Notes under the pieces: generated by a model
The model's database searches: none
The model's input: only the letters and a program-made list of their open reading frames with translations
Told to the model about the DNA's origin: nothing
Shown: piece by piece, positions 48,151 to 52,083 of the stretch
Position numbering within the stretch: the first letter of the stretch is position 1
How the letters are laid out: each line of letters begins with the position of its first letter
Program-made: the position numbers and the translations under genes
Assembly: GCA_032718475.1 (NCBI GenBank)
Contig: JAUCBJ010006319.1
Location: 1-52,083, forward strand
DNA: 52,083 nt
Origin: Nemertoderma westbladi
Lineage: Eukaryota > Animalia > Xenacoelomorpha
Direction of reading: 5' to 3'

Positions 48151-48514
48151 TTTATCACCAATACCGACACCTTTACTGGAATTTTTTTTATGATCAAATA
48201 TTTGCTTGCCATTCGAGCATTAAGGGGGGGGGGGGGGGGGGGGTAGCGCATTTTCTGACCAAAAAGTCGAATTTTTGAAACATATCCTATCTGATGCAGA
48301 ATTTCATGCTGAATCCAAATATGGAAACCGTTTTCCCATATCTTGCTTAGTTTTCGAGATATCTGGGATAGAAGATACTGGCTCCGATATATCGCGATAT
48401 CGGTAAAGGAGATGAAGTTTGGGGTTTGCATTCAATTTCTGCAAATTTCTGTGCTCAGTGGTGCTAATTGGATCTCTCCACGAGAAAGAACAAAAAATTT
48501 TAATTGAGAAGGTA

Positions 48515-49078
48515 TTTTTTTATGATTATTGGACCTACTGAACAGTTTATAAGACAACTTCAAGTCTCCGGAATGAAGATGGGACTCGAATAAACGACTC
48601 TGCGGTCTTCGCGGGATTACACGGAATAGACTTATCGGTCATCGGAGATCTTCAAAATGTATAATCTCCAGTTCTAGTGGTCGTACGGAGTTCGTTTTGG
48701 GCTCATTCGAAAGCTCTTTTCTCAAAGACCAAAGTTACCATTTGGTTTGGCAAACTCTTGAAAGCTGCCTTAGCAATCATAACTTGAACAAAATTTGCAA
48801 GGTATATTTTACCCAAATTTATATTATATTGCTTTACAACCATTTTGTCTTAAATCAAACTTTGTTCTCTAAGAAAAGAGCTTTCGAAAGAGCCTAAAAC
48901 GAACTTCGTACGACCACTAGAACTGGAGATTATACATTTTGAAGATCTCCGATGACCGATAAGTCTATTCTGTGTAATCCCGCAAAGTCCGCAGAGTCAC
49001 TTATTCGAGTCCCGTCTTCATTCTGGAGAATTGAAGTTGTCTTATAAACTGACAAGTAGGTCCAATAATCATAAAAAA
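48515..49078. mobile_element. Foldback inverted repeat
   Basis: TTTTTTATGATTATTGGACCTACT..GACTTATCGGTCATCGGAGATCTTCAAAATG versus its reverse complement at about 48870-49078; centre near 48800. Confidence 0.85.
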
Positions 49079-49976
49079 TTATCAACACTAGCCTAGTCTA
49101 TGAAGTTTTTGACGAAGTCTCGATCTAGAGAACTAATGTATTTATATAGAACATTAAATTCAAAAACTTATCTTTGTTAGTTTTTTTGTGAGCAGAATTT
49201 AAAGGCGAAACCGAATTATGTAAGTTATTACTTCTCATTATGTTTAGTTTTTGAGATATGATGATTATACTATTATTGTTCTTTTCATTCGCGAAAATTC
49301 CATTATTGCGATAGATATGATCGGTTGTGTTACATTTTACCTCAGTGATTGACATTAGTGAGGACTAAAGTTATTGATAGCATTCTTATGTAGGAGACTT
49401 TATTTTATTTGTTCACGTGAACATATTATATTATTGTGACACTTATACTACAGTATATTACTGTATATTGCTCTACCATCCTTGTTACAACTTCCCAGAC
49501 GGTTCTTTCTATCAAACCTTCGATCGGAATTTTCCCCTCAGAATGACCCCTGCGGCTGACAAATATTGGGCCTAATATATTTCCAGAACAAAAAAGTTAA
49601 AGAATATATTACCTATATTATTATGTATAATATACCCGAACATAACTCTGGGGGAGGATAACTCAGGGTGCAATAAATTATTGTCAAAAAATAACATTTT
49701 TTGTGGAATTGACAAGATCACCACAGTTAGGAATTGATCTGAAAATTTGGCTCAACGAGTCTTAAAGATTCTCCATTCGAAAGTGAAAAACAAAAATTGT
49801 TCAGTCAAGCGATGTGACTTATTCTGTAAGTCGGGTATTGGGCAAGTTACCTATTGGTTAAGTGACCTACTTTCGGTTGAAAATGAAATACATTGTGCAA
49901 GTGACCTAAAACACTTTTTTAATGGGCAAGTGTCCTGCATCCCATTTTGATGATCTACACTGTAGGCTCATTCCAT

Positions 49977-51593
49977 GTAAAGTGCGGGACATTCGTACGA
50001 CCTTTTGAGCATACTTTAGTACTGTACATCAAGAAAATGAACTAAAATAGTATAATGCTTGTGCTTCTTAGAAAAACCAATTATCGGTTAAGTAAAAAAA
50101 AAGCAGTTTGGAAAACCTGCAGCAGTTTATGTCTCAGAATTATTGCTTCAAAAAATTGTAAAGTGCGGGACGCGTACGAAAGTTAAATTCTCAACTGTCA
50201 AATTCATTGCTAAAGTTCAGCGAATTGGGTAAAGTTAGTGGGAAATGTTTTGTTTCATGATGTTCCTAGATATGTAGGGAAAATAAATTAGCCTTTAGTA
50301 AGATGGTAAGTAACATCAATGAAACAGGGGAGTAGTTTAAGTGCAGCAAAGTCATGTAAAGTGTGGGACATTTCATTGTAAAGTGCGGGACACGTGCGAT
50401 TTTATCATTTATAAACACATTAAATCGTTATTTATTACATTATTCAGACTAAATAAGTGATAGTTATAAACTTTTCAGTGAGATTGCTACATATAATTTG
50501 AACTTAAAAATGAATGGCAATGCAACTAACCCTAACCAAAATACTAAACCTAACCGACCAAATTTAGTTGGCCCTGTAAAGCCCCTTACTTCTGCGTACA
50601 TGTATACATGTGACTGCCAGTCAAGTAAGTGTTCAAGTATTTAAAGCATACAATTCCATTGGAGGTCCGGCCTTTAGTACAGTGCACACTGTAGCACAGT
50701 TGTGAAGAGGCGGGTGGGGGTGGGTGGGGGGGGGGGGGGGGGGGTGGGAGGGGGGGGGGGGGGGGAGGTGGGATTATAGATATAATTAATAGGCCTCCGA
50801 CTTAGGGCTGTATGTGCTTTAATACGCCATTCTAGCTAGCATTCCATTATTGCGATAAGTAACGTAACAAAGTTTCAAACATAGGTTTTCCTTGTCCTTT
50901 CTCAAAGTCGGCCCCAGCATGAAAAGAATGGCGCAAAATCATTGTTCTGCCATCCACCACTGACAATGTACGAATACCCCCCAATGGAGTAGACAAACAA
51001 ATAGAGGTCAACATATTATAGTGCATAATACTGTAAGTAAAACAGAAGTGTAGGCATGGTGATAGCAAATTTGTTTGTACCATTTGTTAGTAGCCTCAGC
51101 CCTAGTACAGCGTGGCTCCTACTTGCTGTATTATTACCTCAAGGTTGTTCAATATTATTTTAGGCTTATGTAAAATTACCATTTAAGTGCGCTGTAGGCC
51201 TAATGTAATACAGATTAGATAGCCAGATTAGACTTGGAACTGTAGTGCACCCATAAAACCGTTAATAAATAGTAGCGTATCATGTACGGTCTAGGCCGTG
51301 AGCTTTGCAGTACGCTCCAGCCAGGAAGGAGTTAATGGCAGGCCTACAATTATTATTCAGAGTATGAATAAGCTAATAAAAATAGGAATTAAAATTTTGA
51401 GTATATTTACTGAAATATATGTGATTTGAATGCATTTTTTCTTAGTGTCTTTAATATCAGAGATTGATATGAAGTTATTATGTCTGTTATGATTATTCCA
51501 GTTGAAGTTCTCCCATCTAAGTTGTACACGCTTACCATACTTCCTTTGATATTTCTACTTTTTGTCCCGCACTTTACGTAAAGTGCGGGACAC
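49977..51593. repeat. Dispersed GTAAAGTGCGGGACA motif (probable transposon subterminal repeat)
   Basis: Copies at about 49977, 50158, 50356 and 50378, and a head-to-head palindrome TGTCCCGCACTTTACGTAAAGTGCGGGACA at about 51563-51592. Confidence 0.65.
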
Positions 51594-52083
51594 CTGTTTA
51601 CCACATAACACGAAACACCACAAACAAACTAAGTACCCCAGATTAATGATACATATATTTGTGCTTTGCAAACAACATAACATCATTCTATTATAATAGT
51701 CTATCCTGTACAAACAACAGAGGCGTCGCAGCCACCCCTGCGACCCCTGCACTCCAGGGGGTCGCAGAGCATGTGGGGGCGCAGCAGATTTTTTTTTTAC
51801 AAAGACGTAGTTTTAAAAAATAACAGTGAAAAATATTGAAAAAATATAATAATAAAATAGAAGGTTAATAAATTCGACAATTAATTTTTATTAGGACTTG
51901 AACATGATAATATTTTGTAGCATCGAAAGGGCAAAAGTACAGTGGTTAACCGAATCTTCAACCTTATAGTGATTGATTGGTACCGACAGAAAACTGTCCA
52001 TGCAATTCCAAATAGGTACAGTAACACAATCTTATTGAAAATTATGTTTTTTTATGTCTTTTAGATGTTGTAGCTTCAGCTTG

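Noticed and set aside
46956-51752. Short 60-110 aa ORFs after SUGP1
   Set aside because: They fall in the 3' UTR, inverted repeats or 15-bp arrays, have low-complexity AT-driven composition, and show no recognisable motifs.

Overview
AT-rich, repeat-dense eukaryotic DNA, most likely from an invertebrate animal; the species cannot be assigned from sequence alone. There are two clear host genes on the + strand: a three-exon EXOSC7/RRP42 exosome subunit (2122-8047, 285 aa) and SUGP1/SF4 with a single-exon CDS (44067-46718, 883 aa). Between and around them lie nested mobile-element remains: foldback and MITE DNA transposons, a solo LTR, several RTE-type LINE copies (two with target-site duplications, inside a MULE transposase and a BEL/Pao integrase), a tRNA-derived SINE, CR1-like and Penelope-like fragments, and three tandem arrays (68, 36 and 24 bp). 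The least explained signals are: (i) a decayed, intronless ~2.1 kb orphan gene with promoter-like and polyA motifs (24360-26474), whose 3' end matches the monomer of the 68-bp array 17 kb away; (ii) a strong excess of TA-N3-4-TA motifs resembling transposon excision footprints; (iii) three diverged copies of a spliced-looking non-coding cassette upstream of SUGP1. All coordinates and counts were read by eye, and boundaries of decayed elements are approximate.
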